Below are positions 63,983-64,000 of a stretch of 64,000 nt of DNA, piece by piece. The stretch's first letter is position 1; every line of letters starts with the position of its first letter. This stretch comes from Sphagnum compactum. Taxonomy: Eukaryota. A model generated the notes under the pieces. It was given only the letters and a program-made list of their open reading frames with translations. It was not told the origin of the DNA and searched no databases. The position numbers were made by a program, and so were the translations under genes. Location of the stretch: the NCBI GenBank assembly GCA_965153455.1, contig OZ234493.1:18652213-18716212 (forward strand), in the 5' to 3' direction.

Positions 63983-64000
63983 GTGCTGTGTTTTGTCCCA

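Overview
Eukaryotic, intron-rich plant genomic DNA. Gene content and style suggest a bryophyte, possibly Sphagnum-like; this is inferred, not verified. Genes, left to right, were assembled by hand from GT-AG junctions: 3' end of MAF1 (+), U2 snRNP A' (+), 20S proteasome alpha-5/PAE (+), SKP1 (-), a complete cAMP-dependent protein kinase regulatory-subunit (PKA-R)-like gene (+), a BPI/LBP lipid-binding protein (+), a decayed TORNADO1-like LRR-ROC-COR locus with extra C-terminal fragments (-), a P-class PPR protein (+) and the 5' end of a plastid ClpP5-like gene (+). Intergenic DNA holds an internally deleted pogo/Tigger transposon, a three-element nested stack of Tourist-like MITEs, three copies of a Helentron/HINE-like element, several fold-back hairpins (one at the SKP1 promoter) and tandem repeats. 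The standout is the PKA-R gene. It has a pseudosubstrate site, two intact cAMP-type phosphate-binding cassettes and apparently no dimerization/docking domain, and this module is absent from flowering plants. Most entries in the supplied ORF track are spurious or are single exons read into introns.
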